This document shows positions 16,558 through 26,356 of a DNA stretch of 43,240 nucleotides, piece after piece. Under the pieces are notes generated by a model. It had not been told where the DNA came from. It saw nothing but the letters and a program-made list of their open reading frames with translations, and made no database searches. Where the stretch lies: the IMG/VR virus record IMGVR_UViG_3300012667_000655, positions 1 to 43,240 of that record; one strand, written 5' to 3'. The DNA is from a virus. Lineage: Duplodnaviria; Caudoviricetes. Numbering within the stretch: position 1 is the first letter of the stretch; each line of letters starts with the position of its first letter. Both the position numbers and the translations under genes were made by a program.

Positions 16558-17345
16558 GGCGGTGGGAGTAGGTCGCCGGACGCTTCGCCCTCGCCGGAGG
16601 GCAGCCCGAATTGATCGTCGGCGACATCGACCTCGACCTCTTCGATGTCGGCCGCCTGGTAGCTGTGCCGCTTGGCCTTCACCTTCGTGACGCCCTGGTT
16701 CTTGCCGCCGATCCGGACGCGCCACGACGTCACCTCGGACGGCGTTAGGGTGAGTTCGAGGGCCTGCCCGGTCACGCTGCGTCCGCCGGCTTCGGATGCC
16801 AGCACGAGGCGGCCGTCGGCCGGCTTCAGGACGCCACCGTAACGCCGGGCGAGTCGGACCAGCAGGTTCGCGTCGGACTCGTCGACTTGCTCGACGTAGG
16901 GGACCGCGATCGATGACAGCTCGGAATCGACCGCCGGCGTCAGCCCGCAGTCGGAGGCGATCGTCTCGACGATCTCGCCCAGGGTCTTGCCCTCGAACGA
17001 TCGAGATTTCCGGCTCGTGAAACTTGCCTGCCCGCCGCCCCCGCGGTCGGTCACGAACGGCGTCGAGGATGCCGTGACGCTGATCAGGTCCGGCGGGCCT
17101 TCGACCTCGACCTCGTCGACGACGAACGCGCCGACCCGCTGGTTCGCTCCATCCCAGCCGAGCGAGATCTCGAGCTTCGCCCCCGACGCCGGCAGCGCGA
17201 GGGTGCCCGCGGAATCTTCGAGCGTCAGGCTCAGGCCGTCGCTGGTTTCGTCGACGGTGTCGGTGATCGTCATCGACACTAGCCGGCCGGAAATATCGCC
17301 GGTGATGTCGGATCCGCCCGCGGTGATCTGGAAGGTCGGCCGCAT
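16554..17345 (-). CDS. P2 gpD-like baseplate hub, N-terminal part
   Basis: MRPTFQITAGGSDIT, SDGLSLTLED, FVVDEVEVEGPPD, QVDESDANLLVRLARRYG. Confidence 0.88.
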   Translation of the reverse strand: MRPTFQITAGGSDITGDISGRLVSMTITDTVDETSDGLSLTLEDSAGTLALPASGAKLEISLGWDGANQRVGAFVVDEVEVEGPPDLISVTASSTPFVTDRGGGGQASFTSRKSRSFEGKTLGEIVETIASDCGLTPAVDSELSSIAVPYVEQVDESDANLLVRLARRYGGVLKPADGRLVLASEAGGRSVTGQALELTLTPSEVTSWRVRIGGKNQGVTKVKAKRHSYQAADIEEVEVDVADDQFGLPSGEGEASGDLLPPP

Positions 17346-17346
17346 G

Positions 17347-17553
17347 TCAGTCCCACAGCCGGGTGAGGTTTTTCGCCGGTGCCGACGGCCGAACCGGAAG
17401 CTCGATGTCGATCCCCTCCGGCAGCACCGGCCCGAGGTCGGCGAGCCCCGGGTTGGATTCCAGCACGGTCTCGACGATGCCGTTCTCGGTGTCGCCGTAG
17501 TAGCGGGCGACCACGTCGTCGAGCACGTCGTTCTGCTTCGAGCGGTAGGTCAT
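17347..17553 (-). CDS. P2 gpX-like tail protein (LysM-like)
   Basis: MTYRSKQNDVLDDVVARYYG...VLESNPGLADLGPVLPEGIDIELP. Confidence 0.88.
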   Translation of the reverse strand: MTYRSKQNDVLDDVVARYYGDTENGIVETVLESNPGLADLGPVLPEGIDIELPVRPSAPAKNLTRLWD

Positions 17554-17999
17554 CGGAACAGGGAGAGGAAGTTGGAGGCCTTGGTCACGAGGCCGAACAC
17601 GCCGGCCCCGTCGTCGTATTTTTTCAGCGACACGTCGAAGGTCGAGATCCGCGGCATCCCGTCGGAGAAGTGCATCGTGCCGGTGTCGTTCACGGACTCG
17701 ATCACCCAGTTGCCATGCACGCGCCCCATGCCGTCGACCAGGAACAGCGGCTTGCCCAGGCCGGCGAGCGCGCGCATCTGCGCGATCTGCTCCACCCCGC
17801 CGGTGAACCCCGGGATGATCCGGCCGCGGAGCAGCATCGCCTCGGCACGCGGCCCGGTGAACTGCAAGGCCGGCGCAGTCCCGACGCGCGGAGTCTCCGG
17901 CCAGTCCCACGAGGACGAGCGGCTGATTTCGTCCGGCGCGGCCGTGGCGAGCGAGAACCGGAACGGGCCGAGGATGATCAGGGTTCCAAGCATGGTCAC
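17550..17999 (-). CDS. P2 gpU-like tail protein
   Basis: LGPFRFSLATAA, LQFTGP, LVDGMGRVHGNWVIESV, FDVSLKKY. Confidence 0.88.
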   Translation of the reverse strand: MTMLGTLIILGPFRFSLATAAPDEISRSSSWDWPETPRVGTAPALQFTGPRAEAMLLRGRIIPGFTGGVEQIAQMRALAGLGKPLFLVDGMGRVHGNWVIESVNDTGTMHFSDGMPRISTFDVSLKKYDDGAGVFGLVTKASNFLSLFR

Positions 18000-19858
18000 G
18001 CGGGGACGAGAGCGCCGTCGTAGTCGAACAGCGGCTTGCGGTTGAGTTCCTGCCGGAGCTGCCGGGCGATGCCGGCACCATCCTGCCCGGGGGCGTCGAT
18101 CTTGATGTTGACGGTGTTGTTCGCGGTCCGCTTGTCGGCACCGGGCATCGCGTCGGGCGGTGCCACCGTCGGGACGCGCATCGAGGTCTCCTTGCCTTCA
18201 CCTCCACCGCCGAACGAGAAGAACCCCTTGATCTTCGCCCCGAGCGCCGCTGCCTTGCCGACCAGCTCGTCGAACTTCTGGCCGATCCAGTCGAACACGC
18301 CGGTGAAGGCGTCGCGGATCGACTGAGCCAGGAACCGGAACTCGGATTTGAGCTGCGCGATGGCGTTCGTGATCTTGTCGTTGGCCTCCTGCCACTTGAC
18401 GCCGATCCAGTCGGCGGCCTCGCTCCACGCCTTTTTCATCGCCTCGCGGTTCTCGGTGCCCTTGTCGACCATCCGATAGCCCCACTGCTCGACGTCGCTG
18501 TAGAGCTTCGCCCAGAACGATCCGAAGGCGTTGACCCGCTCCTCGCCGAACACGGCATTGAGCCCGGCAATCGCCTTGTCCGGGTTCTCCCACAGATACC
18601 AGACGCCGGCGACGGCCGCGGCCAGGGCAGCCCACGGGCCGAGCGCGGAATACGTGGCGGCCGAGAGCGTCAGCAGACTCTTGCCGAGGGTTCCGACGGC
18701 GACGATCGTCGGCGCGAAATTCACCGCCAGGATGGCGAGCCCGAGGTTGTCCCAGCCGCCGACGAAATCCTTCACCTTCACCACGCCGTCGGCGAACTTG
18801 GTCACGAGCGAACTGATTTGATCGACCACGCCGGGGAGCTTTTCGAGCATCGTGCCAATCGCCGGCACGACTCGCGTCTCGATCGCGGAGCCGAAATCCG
18901 CCGCCCACTTCCGCAGCGCCGGGCCGTTGTCGCGGACGAACTCGGTGAACCGCGCGGTCAGCCGCTGGAAAACCGGCACGAACTGGATCGCGATCTGGTT
19001 CCGCAGGCCGACCAGCGTGATGCCGAGCATGTCGAGCGCGGACGCGGCATCGCCGGCGGCCTTCGCGGCATCGTCGTCGAGCACGGCCCCGGCTTTCTCG
19101 CCGGCCTTGCGGAACTCGTCGAGGCCTTTCTTGCCCTTCGCGAGGATGCCGGCGAGCTGGTATCCGGATTTGCCGAACAGCTTCATCGCGATTGCCGCCC
19201 GGTCCGCGCCCTTGTAGTCCTTGAAGGCCTCGGCCACGACTTCGAGCTGCTGGTCGAGGCTCAGTTTCTTGAGCCGCGCGCCGTTCACGCCCAGCTTGCC
19301 CAGCGCCTCGTCTGTCGCCTTCCCGCCCTCGCTGATGGCCTTCGAGAGCCGAGCGATGGACGCGGTCATTTTTGAGCCGCCGACGCCGACGGTGGCCGCG
19401 GCGAACTGCCATGTCTGAAGCGCCTGCGTCGACATGTTCAGGGCCTCGGCCGAGTCGCCGATGTCATCCGCCCAGTCGACGAATCCACGCGTCACGCTGT
19501 AGATCGAGGCCCCGACCGCCGTGATGGCTCCGGCCGTCACGCCCGCCGCCACGCCCAGCCGCTTGAGGTCGCCGCCGAACGTCGTTCCGATGTTCTTGAA
19601 CCCGGCCCCGATGTCGATCTTCGACGCCGCGCGGAGCTTCTTGAGCTTTGCCTCGGCCTCCCCGATCTCCTTCTCGAGCTTGTTCAGCGAGCCGGCGAAC
19701 TCGCCCGAGCCTTTCGCCGCGAGCTTGTATTCGGCCCGCAGGCCCTTGAGCGTGGCCTCCTGCGCTTTGATCTTCGAGTTCAGGCTGCCGAACACGCGGC
19801 CGACCGACGACGACAGCGCGGCGCCGATTTTCAGGTTGGCCGCGAAGTTCTTGATCAT
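17996..19858 (-). CDS. Tail tape measure protein
   Basis: Long Ala/Gly-rich helical ORF between the chaperone and gpU. Start trimmed to MIKNFAAN (ATGA overlap). Confidence 0.85.
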   Translation of the reverse strand: MIKNFAANLKIGAALSSSVGRVFGSLNSKIKAQEATLKGLRAEYKLAAKGSGEFAGSLNKLEKEIGEAEAKLKKLRAASKIDIGAGFKNIGTTFGGDLKRLGVAAGVTAGAITAVGASIYSVTRGFVDWADDIGDSAEALNMSTQALQTWQFAAATVGVGGSKMTASIARLSKAISEGGKATDEALGKLGVNGARLKKLSLDQQLEVVAEAFKDYKGADRAAIAMKLFGKSGYQLAGILAKGKKGLDEFRKAGEKAGAVLDDDAAKAAGDAASALDMLGITLVGLRNQIAIQFVPVFQRLTARFTEFVRDNGPALRKWAADFGSAIETRVVPAIGTMLEKLPGVVDQISSLVTKFADGVVKVKDFVGGWDNLGLAILAVNFAPTIVAVGTLGKSLLTLSAATYSALGPWAALAAAVAGVWYLWENPDKAIAGLNAVFGEERVNAFGSFWAKLYSDVEQWGYRMVDKGTENREAMKKAWSEAADWIGVKWQEANDKITNAIAQLKSEFRFLAQSIRDAFTGVFDWIGQKFDELVGKAAALGAKIKGFFSFGGGGEGKETSMRVPTVAPPDAMPGADKRTANNTVNIKIDAPGQDGAGIARQLRQELNRKPLFDYDGALVPA

Positions 19859-19992
19859 CGTTTCGGGATCTTGGTGAGCCAATCGACGAACTCGTCGGTC
19901 GGCAGGTCGAGGATTTCAGCGCGCCCCCATCCGGTGTAGTTGGCGAGCATCAGGACGCCGCGCATGGCGTCGTCCCGCTCTAACCAAAAAAA
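19855..19992 (-). CDS. gpE'-like frameshift extension of tail assembly chaperone
   Basis: The -1 frame after GGT TTT TTT reads WLERDDAMRGVLMLANYTGWGRAEILDLPTDEFVDWL, matching the P2 E' pattern. Confidence 0.8.
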   Translation of the reverse strand, partial: FFWLERDDAMRGVLMLANYTGWGRAEILDLPTDEFVDWLTKIPKR

Positions 19993-20219
19993 CCCGCGAG
20001 CCGCTCCTGGAGCTTCTTGTAGTCGGCCAGGTCGAGGTCGAGGATTGCCGAGGGCGGAAGGCCTGCCAGGTTCGCGATGAGCGCGGTTTCCGACTCGGCC
20101 TCGTCGGCCTTGTTCTTGCGAGCGGCCAGCACGTCGGCGACCTTCGGCCGGCGCATTCCGATCTCGGTGATCGACCGGCCGTCGGAGGTGATCGGGTGTT
20201 CGAGCTTGATGGGGTCCAT
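19980..20219 (-). CDS. Tail assembly chaperone (P2 gpE/Mu gp41-like)
   Basis: IKLEHPI...MRRPKVAD...LIANLAG...LDLADYKKLQ. Confidence 0.85.
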   Translation of the reverse strand: MDPIKLEHPITSDGRSITEIGMRRPKVADVLAARKNKADEAESETALIANLAGLPPSAILDLDLADYKKLQERLAGFFG

Positions 20220-20224
20220 GATCT

Positions 20225-20734
20225 TCAGAGGCCAATGGCTCCGCGAATCGCGGCGAGGCGATCCACGCCGTTGATGACGCGGGTCATGTTCAGGATGTCG
20301 ATGTCGTGAACGACGACGCCGTCCTGCTCGTAGCGGTAGGCGGTCAGGCCGAGCGTGAAGGTCTGCGCCGCCTTGGTGCCAGGGGTGAGCGTGTCGGTTT
20401 CGATGCTCTTGATCGTGCCGCGCATCGTCACGACGACGGCCTGCACGGTCCCGTCGAGGGATTCCAGCGCGCCGCGAAGGACGAACGGGACATTCGCGCC
20501 GGGCGCGACACCGAACAGGGCGAGCACGTCGCGGTCGAACTTGGAGAGCTTGAAGGACGACTCCATCGCCTCCATGCCCATGTCGATTGGAACCGGCGCG
20601 TCCATGCCGCCGGCCCGGTAGTCTTCGACCAGGAGGGAGAGGTTCGGCAAGGTCGCCTCGTCGACGTTGCCAGCGTAGCCGCGGCCGTCGACGAAGAGGT
20701 TGAAGTTCTTGAGGAGTTGTGCGGCGGCGCTCAT
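20225..20734 (-). CDS. Tail tube protein (P2 FII-like)
   Basis: LKNFNLFVDGRGYAG, YRAGGMDAPVPIDMGME, IDILNMTRVINGVDRL. Confidence 0.92.
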   Translation of the reverse strand: MSAAAQLLKNFNLFVDGRGYAGNVDEATLPNLSLLVEDYRAGGMDAPVPIDMGMEAMESSFKLSKFDRDVLALFGVAPGANVPFVLRGALESLDGTVQAVVVTMRGTIKSIETDTLTPGTKAAQTFTLGLTAYRYEQDGVVVHDIDILNMTRVINGVDRLAAIRGAIGL

Positions 20735-20737
20735 GGC

Positions 20738-22153
20738 TTAGGCGAGTTCGGACAGGTAGTCGTTGGTGAGGATCGAGCGGAACGTGACGGTCTGCGCGGG
20801 ATACGGCGGGGTGAACTCGAAGTTGAAGAACACCTTGCCGAGCGCGATGTTCTCCGGGCTGTTCAGGTCCGGGTCGGGCCAGCAGCGGCCGCCGAGGATT
20901 GCGCCCTGGTTCTTGAGGCTCGCGAGGTAGCCGTTCACGCCTTCCGCCACGTCCTCGAGGTAGGTCTTCGTGATGTTGCGGTCGACGGCCCACAGGTGAG
21001 CGCGGAGGATCGAGTCGTTGATGATGTCGGCCGTGCGGCGGACGCTCACGAACTGCCACTTTGGATCGATCGAGCCGGTGAGGTTGCCCCACAGGCGGAA
21101 CCCGCCCTGGCGAATGAACGTCGCGACCTTGCCCTCGTTGAGGATGTTCGCGGTGCTTGTGGTGTCGCCGAGCTGGAAGTCGACGGGATAGTCGAGCGAG
21201 GTGATGCCGAACACCTCGACGTTCGACGGGCTCCACCAAAACCCGCGGTCGTTGTCGGACTTGGAAATGACGCCGGCCACGAACGGAGCCGGGTCTTCGC
21301 CGCCGTTCACGCTCGGCCAGTAGGTCAGCGTGCGGTCGTCAGCGTTGGCCGCGGCCCACGCGGTCGCGTCGGTGGCGGTCGCGACGCCGAGGCCGATCAC
21401 GGCGATTGCCTTCAGCGATTCGGCGACGGCCTGCACGTCGGTGACGATGTCGCCCTCGACGCCTTCGGCGACCAGGATGCGCGGGGTATAGCCGAGGTCG
21501 GCCTGCGCGCGCTTGAGGGCGTAGATGCCGGTCATGCTGGTTGCGTCGCCCGCGACATCCGCGGTGCGAACGACCACGACGACCGCGCCGGCCTGCTTGT
21601 AGATCGCCTCAAGCGCCTTGCCGAGGTAGGTGTCGGCCCCGAGCTGCGCGTCGACGTTGCGCGCGCTGGTCACAAGCACCGGGGTGTCGAGCGGGAAGGA
21701 GGCATTGACGCCGCCCGAGAGCAGCGTCGCGGCGTGGACAGCGAACAGGCTCGCGCCGGTCGAGGCCGGGGCGAGAGCAGCGGTGACGAACGCGTTGACC
21801 GCGCCGGCCGCATTCAGCGCGGCGAGAACCTGCGAGGCCGTCGAGGTGGCAACCGAGGAACCATCGGTGGCGAGCGAAATGGTGATGACGTTCCCGGACT
21901 TGGTCACGGCGAGCGCGGCGTTGTTGCCGGACGGCTTGACCGTCACGATCGACAGCGCGTTGCCGGCGGCGCCCTTCGAGACGGCGGTGAACCGGAGCGC
22001 GCCGTTGCCGGTGCCGATCGTGACAGCGGCGGCGATGCCGTCGTCGTTGCCGGAGCCGACAAGCCCGATGACAGACGAGCGGACGGTGCGGATCGGGCGG
22101 GCTCCGCTGTCGACTTCGAGGAGTTCAACCCCGTGCAAAAAGGTCTCAGGCAT
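20738..22153 (-). CDS. Tail sheath protein (P2 FI-like)
   Basis: FLHGVE, GFWWSPSN, GFRLWGN, FVSVRRTAD, FTPPYPAQ. Confidence 0.93.
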   Translation of the reverse strand: MPETFLHGVELLEVDSGARPIRTVRSSVIGLVGSGNDDGIAAAVTIGTGNGALRFTAVSKGAAGNALSIVTVKPSGNNAALAVTKSGNVITISLATDGSSVATSTASQVLAALNAAGAVNAFVTAALAPASTGASLFAVHAATLLSGGVNASFPLDTPVLVTSARNVDAQLGADTYLGKALEAIYKQAGAVVVVVRTADVAGDATSMTGIYALKRAQADLGYTPRILVAEGVEGDIVTDVQAVAESLKAIAVIGLGVATATDATAWAAANADDRTLTYWPSVNGGEDPAPFVAGVISKSDNDRGFWWSPSNVEVFGITSLDYPVDFQLGDTTSTANILNEGKVATFIRQGGFRLWGNLTGSIDPKWQFVSVRRTADIINDSILRAHLWAVDRNITKTYLEDVAEGVNGYLASLKNQGAILGGRCWPDPDLNSPENIALGKVFFNFEFTPPYPAQTVTFRSILTNDYLSELA

Positions 22154-22159
22154 GGCGGG

Positions 22160-22201
22160 AATTTATGGGTGAGGGATGGTCGGGTCTTGCGCGGTTTTGT
22201 C
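22160..22201 (-). promoter_or_regulatory. Late promoter box copy 1 (sheath operon)
   Basis: GACAAAACCGCGCAAGACC (22183-22201), N17, TAAATT, N6, ATG. Confidence 0.8.
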
Positions 22202-22952
22202 AGGCGAACGTCGAGGCCTGCACCCCGAAGTTCCACGTTCCGGTTCCGGTCGAAACCTTCCCCATCGCCGCGGCGAAGTGCATCCCCTCAGCGGGGTGAA
22301 CCACGGCGCGAGCGATAGCAGGGAACTCGACGTTCGCCGCGTAGGTCGTTGAAACGGTCTGCGCGCCGGTCGTCGATCCGTCCAAGCCCACGCTCGTCGT
22401 GTGGACGTTGTTGCCGGCGCTGTTGCTCTGGACGCTGCCGATCACCTCCACGACGACCGCCTCGTCGGCCCATGACAGCAGGACAGCACGGCCGCCGGTC
22501 AGCTCCTCGAACGCGGTGTTCGTGGTCGTGTCGACGATCGTCCCGGTCGCGGCATTGATCTGCCGACGGTTGAACCAATTCGCGAGGTTGCGGTTCGCGC
22601 CGGTGTCGACGAACTGCCCGGGCGTGTTGGCCGTGGTGTAGATCATCCCGACCAGCGTCCGCGATGCGTCGCCGGTCTTCACTTCGACGCCGGTCGCCGA
22701 TTGCTCGTGGCCGGTTGCCGAGAGTTCGAGGGCCATCGAGCCGCCGGACATCGCCGCGTAAACGTAGTATCGGGTCGACGCCGCGAGGCCCGTGTTGCTG
22801 ATGGTGATTCCAGCACTCGGGACCTGCTCGACCGCGCCGTTGATCGTCAGGTTCTGCCCGTTGAACGGCGAGAGCTTGAGCGACGTGGCGCTGACGACGG
22901 AAAGGCGGCATTGGCCGTGCGCGGGGAATAGCAACTTGAAGGGATCTCTCAC
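22200..22952 (-). CDS. Tail fibre-associated structural protein
   Basis: GLAASTRYYVYAA...DASRTLVGM pattern, located downstream of the tail fibre. Confidence 0.6.
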   Translation of the reverse strand: MRDPFKLLFPAHGQCRLSVVSATSLKLSPFNGQNLTINGAVEQVPSAGITISNTGLAASTRYYVYAAMSGGSMALELSATGHEQSATGVEVKTGDASRTLVGMIYTTANTPGQFVDTGANRNLANWFNRRQINAATGTIVDTTTNTAFEELTGGRAVLLSWADEAVVVEVIGSVQSNSAGNNVHTTSVGLDGSTTGAQTVSTTYAANVEFPAIARAVVHPAEGMHFAAAMGKVSTGTGTWNFGVQASTFA

Positions 22953-22964
22953 GGAGTTGTTAGG

Positions 22965-23162
22965 TTAGCGGTTCTTCCAGATGCAGGAGTGCATGCCGCA
23001 GCCTTTCGACAAGCGGTCGACGTCGTCCTGCAGCTTGGAAACCACGCCGCGGAGCGACGCGATCTCGGAGGACAAGGTCTTGTAGATGATGCCGGCCAGA
23101 GTTCCGATCACGGACGCGAGCAAGGCCAGGACGCCAAGGAGCCATTCGACGGGGATTTGCAT
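22965..23162 (-). CDS. Single-TM plus coiled-coil protein, possible holin
   Basis: N-terminal TM (WLLGVLALLASVIGTLAGIIY) followed by heptad repeats. Confidence 0.45.
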   Translation of the reverse strand: MQIPVEWLLGVLALLASVIGTLAGIIYKTLSSEIASLRGVVSKLQDDVDRLSKGCGMHSCIWKNR

Positions 23163-23170
23163 GGGGTGAA

Positions 23171-24592
23171 TCAGGCTGTGCGCCGCCAGATGTTGACGAC
23201 GATGTAGGGTGCGAGGTTGTTGTGGCCTTGGCCTTCACCGGACGCGCCAGACGCGAACGCGGCGATGTCGATCACGTGGGTGTGGCTTCCGTCCGAAGAC
23301 GTGAAAAGCTGCTGGCGGTTGGCCGAGGTAACGCCACCCAGGCCCTTGCCGGTGATCGTGGCACCGGTGCCGGATTCGGAGTTGAACAGGCCGGTGTCGG
23401 ACAACAGGCCGTGCGTGTGCGCGCCGGCCGAACTCGTCGCGGTCGAGGGCGGGTTGACCTCATGCGTGTGCGCCGGCAACTCGCCGATCGTCAGCACGTG
23501 GGTCTTCGAGCCGCCGGTCTGGTCGAGCGATTGGAAGCTCGCGTCGAGCGGGTCGCGCGAGACGAGCGTGCGGCCGGAGCCGTAGCGTTCCCATGTTCCG
23601 AACCCGAGCCAGCTTGACGGGTTGCCCTCGCGGCGGGTCGTCAGGATCTCGCCGACGGGATACTGGTGCTGCATGAGCGCTTTCCACAACTCGCCCATGA
23701 AGTTTGGATCGGTCGCCGACGGAAACCCGAGGTTCGCGCGCGCGGTCTGCTTGCTCGCCACGTCGTCGAGGTTGTTCGCGGCCTGCAGGAATGTCACGCC
23801 GCCGGCCGGCTCGTTCTGGATCAGCAGGATCTTGGAGCCCGCGGGATAGGCGGTCGCGAGCGTGATCTGCGTCGACGAGTTGATCGAGTAGTCGCCGGGG
23901 TGGAGCCGGATGCCTTCGATGTAAACCGCGAGCCCGTTCGTGGTGGCCGTGCTCAGGTTCACGACGGTCTGCGCGAGCGCGAGCGTCTGTTCCTCCTGCA
24001 CGATGTCGACGACGATGTTCAGGCCGGCGAGCGGGTCATACCATTCGACATCGCCGTCGGTGTTCGACCGCTTGCGGAGGATCTGATGCGTGGTGCCGCC
24101 CGGCAGCAGCGCGGCGAGCGTGAAATTCCCTTCGACCCAGGACCGGGTCGCCAGCACGACAGCCGGGTCGATGATCAGCGTCACGTCGACGGCGTTCGTC
24201 ACCTCGAACACGAGGCGAACCACGAGGTCGCGCGTCGCGCCTTCGCCGGCGGTTGGCTTGTAGATGTCCGGGAAATTCGCCACCGCGAACAGGTCGCCGT
24301 CGGTGTCGACGAGGCCGACCTCGCGGATCGTCCAGCCGCCATCCGTTGCCGGGATCACGGCCTCGGCGATGTAGCGGTTGTTCGCGACGTCGAGCTCGAG
24401 GCGATTCAGGTCGGTCGCGAAGACCTGCCGAATGAGGCTGACTTGATCCGCCGCCGGCGTGGTCGGGTTTCCGTTGCCGTCGCCGAAAACCATCTGCGAG
24501 ACTTGGATCTCGGCGGGCGTGAACTCGTCGGCGTCGGCGATTGCCTGCGCGACCTTCGCGAGCCCGAGTGCGGTGAGAATCGTTTGATACAT
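23171..24592 (-). CDS. Tail fibre protein (P2 gpH-like N-terminus)
   Basis: YQTILTALGLAK, GDGNG, GGWTIREVGL, IDPAVVLATR, plus C-terminal YPVG...GFGTW...TGGSKTHVLT...HNNLAPYIVVNIWRRTA module with HxH repeats. Confidence 0.88.
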   Translation of the reverse strand: MYQTILTALGLAKVAQAIADADEFTPAEIQVSQMVFGDGNGNPTTPAADQVSLIRQVFATDLNRLELDVANNRYIAEAVIPATDGGWTIREVGLVDTDGDLFAVANFPDIYKPTAGEGATRDLVVRLVFEVTNAVDVTLIIDPAVVLATRSWVEGNFTLAALLPGGTTHQILRKRSNTDGDVEWYDPLAGLNIVVDIVQEEQTLALAQTVVNLSTATTNGLAVYIEGIRLHPGDYSINSSTQITLATAYPAGSKILLIQNEPAGGVTFLQAANNLDDVASKQTARANLGFPSATDPNFMGELWKALMQHQYPVGEILTTRREGNPSSWLGFGTWERYGSGRTLVSRDPLDASFQSLDQTGGSKTHVLTIGELPAHTHEVNPPSTATSSAGAHTHGLLSDTGLFNSESGTGATITGKGLGGVTSANRQQLFTSSDGSHTHVIDIAAFASGASGEGQGHNNLAPYIVVNIWRRTA

Positions 24593-24599
24593 GAGAGGG

Positions 24600-25457
24600 T
24601 CAGGTCGGGGTTAGAATTGGAGCGCCGGTGCTCCCGCCGCTGGACACCCACACGACATCGAACAGGTCGACGTCGCTGATGTCGTTGTTCTGCCGCCAGT
24701 GGATCGTCGGCGGATCGAATAGCCCGACGCCGGGGGTGTAGATGCACCAGACGACGGAGCTTTGCCCGGGCGGATATGGACCGGAACCTCCGGTGTCGAC
24801 CTTGCCGATGCGGTGCGCGCCGTCGGTCCATGCTCCACGAGGCGAGCCGTCGGTCGCGTCGTAGTAGGTGCCGTTGAGGTTCGGCGAAACGGTCCCGGTC
24901 AGTTCCAGCTCGGCAGGCGCGGACGGCCCGGCGAATTCCTCCACATCCGTCTCGCTGCCCGAGAGCTGCGTCGACGCGATGATCGGTCCGCCGGTCGCAC
25001 CGTTGGTCGCGAGGTATTGCGTCCCGGCCAGCGCGGAGCGGGCGTTTTTCTGGCGCAGCGCGATGGCCGTCGCCTCAGTGATGGCCGCGTCGATCAGCGC
25101 GCCGCCGGCCGATCCGGCCCCGACCTTGAACAGCAGCCGGAACGTGTAGGCGTCGCCGGTTTTCTCGTCGATCTCGACCTCGTAGCCGAGCGCCTGCAAT
25201 GCCCGGCGAAGCGCGCCGATCGTCCCTTTGCGGCGGTGCGTCTCGATGCTCGCCGCGATGGCCGCGCGCTTCTGGTCGACCGGCCACGAGGCATCCCACT
25301 CGTCGACCGACAGCGACCACGCGAGCCACGGAAGGATGCCCTCGGGACACGTCGCCGGGTTCCAGAGCGTGCGCACCGGCACCGGCACGGCGCGATCGAC
25401 CGAGCGAGAAATTGCTCGTTCCTGCGGCGTCGCGTTCGGTGGTAGCAGGTCGCTCAT
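24600..25457 (-). CDS. P2 gpI-like baseplate/tail protein with C-terminal extension
   Basis: MSDLLPPNAT, LWNPATCP..LPWLAWSLSVDEWD, HRRKGTIGALRRAL. Confidence 0.9.
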   Translation of the reverse strand: MSDLLPPNATPQERAISRSVDRAVPVPVRTLWNPATCPEGILPWLAWSLSVDEWDASWPVDQKRAAIAASIETHRRKGTIGALRRALQALGYEVEIDEKTGDAYTFRLLFKVGAGSAGGALIDAAITEATAIALRQKNARSALAGTQYLATNGATGGPIIASTQLSGSETDVEEFAGPSAPAELELTGTVSPNLNGTYYDATDGSPRGAWTDGAHRIGKVDTGGSGPYPPGQSSVVWCIYTPGVGLFDPPTIHWRQNNDISDVDLFDVVWVSSGGSTGAPILTPT

Positions 25458-26356
25458 GCCGCGGCGGTCGAGAGGGTGATGTCGGTGCAGAACGGCGCGT
25501 GCTCGCCGTCGATCACAAGGTCGGTCGTGACTCCCGGAGCGGCCAGCGTCACGCGGTCGACGCCGGGCACGTGAAGCGCCGCGTAGAGAGCGGAGAGCCG
25601 GATGTCGGCGCCGACGCGGTGCTGCTTCTCGACGAACGCCGTCACGGATGCCAGTGCCTCGTCGCGCACGAGCAGCGGGTCGGGGCCCTGGTTGATGTAG
25701 AGCGTCGCCACGACCTCGAACTCGGTGATCGTCGCCGACTGCACCTCGACGGTGTCGGTCAGCGGGCGCACGTCCTCGGCATTCAGCGCGGCCTCGACGG
25801 CGGCGATTACTGGCGAGCCGACAGCGCCGTTGCCGGTGGTCCCGAGGAGCGTCACGCGAACGACGCCGGGGTCGGTGTCGGGAGGCCCGGCGATGGCAGC
25901 ATCCTTGACGCCGTCGACGCTCAGGGCGTGGAACTGGTAGGCCCCGACCGGGCCGGCCGTCGACAGGCCTTCGAGCGCGAGCTGGATCCGGTAGCGCAGC
26001 GCGGAGTCGGACTCCATCACCGCGGCCGTCGGCGGGACGCTGTTCGGGTTCGCCGGCGTGATCGTCTTCCGGGTCACGCCGAACAGCGCGCCGAGGTTCT
26101 CCAAGTCGGCCCCGCCAGCATAGGCCAGCATCACGGCGCGAGCGGCGTCGTTGACGCGCTGCCGGATGAGCAATTCACGGTATGCCGCGACTTCGAGAAT
26201 CTTGTAGGCCGGATCGGACTCGACCAGGGCGTCGAACGTCGCGTCACGGGTCCGCAGGTCGGAAATCATTGCCGCGAGGATAGCCTCGAACGACAGCGCC
26301 TCGACAACGTCGGGAGCCTGAACCGCGGACAGGTCGATGGGGGTGTAAATGCTCAT
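25454..26356 (-). CDS. Baseplate J-like wedge protein
   Basis: IDLSAVQAPDVVEALSFE, ESDPAYKILE, RQRVNDAARA, STAGPVGAY, VRPLTD. Confidence 0.93.
   Translation of the reverse strand: MSIYTPIDLSAVQAPDVVEALSFEAILAAMISDLRTRDATFDALVESDPAYKILEVAAYRELLIRQRVNDAARAVMLAYAGGADLENLGALFGVTRKTITPANPNSVPPTAAVMESDSALRYRIQLALEGLSTAGPVGAYQFHALSVDGVKDAAIAGPPDTDPGVVRVTLLGTTGNGAVGSPVIAAVEAALNAEDVRPLTDTVEVQSATITEFEVVATLYINQGPDPLLVRDEALASVTAFVEKQHRVGADIRLSALYAALHVPGVDRVTLAAPGVTTDLVIDGEHAPFCTDITLSTAAA

Noticed and set aside
22200-25457. Tail-fibre diversification system (DGR or invertase)
   Set aside because: No reverse transcriptase, invertase, template/variable repeat pair or inverted crossover sites could be seen.
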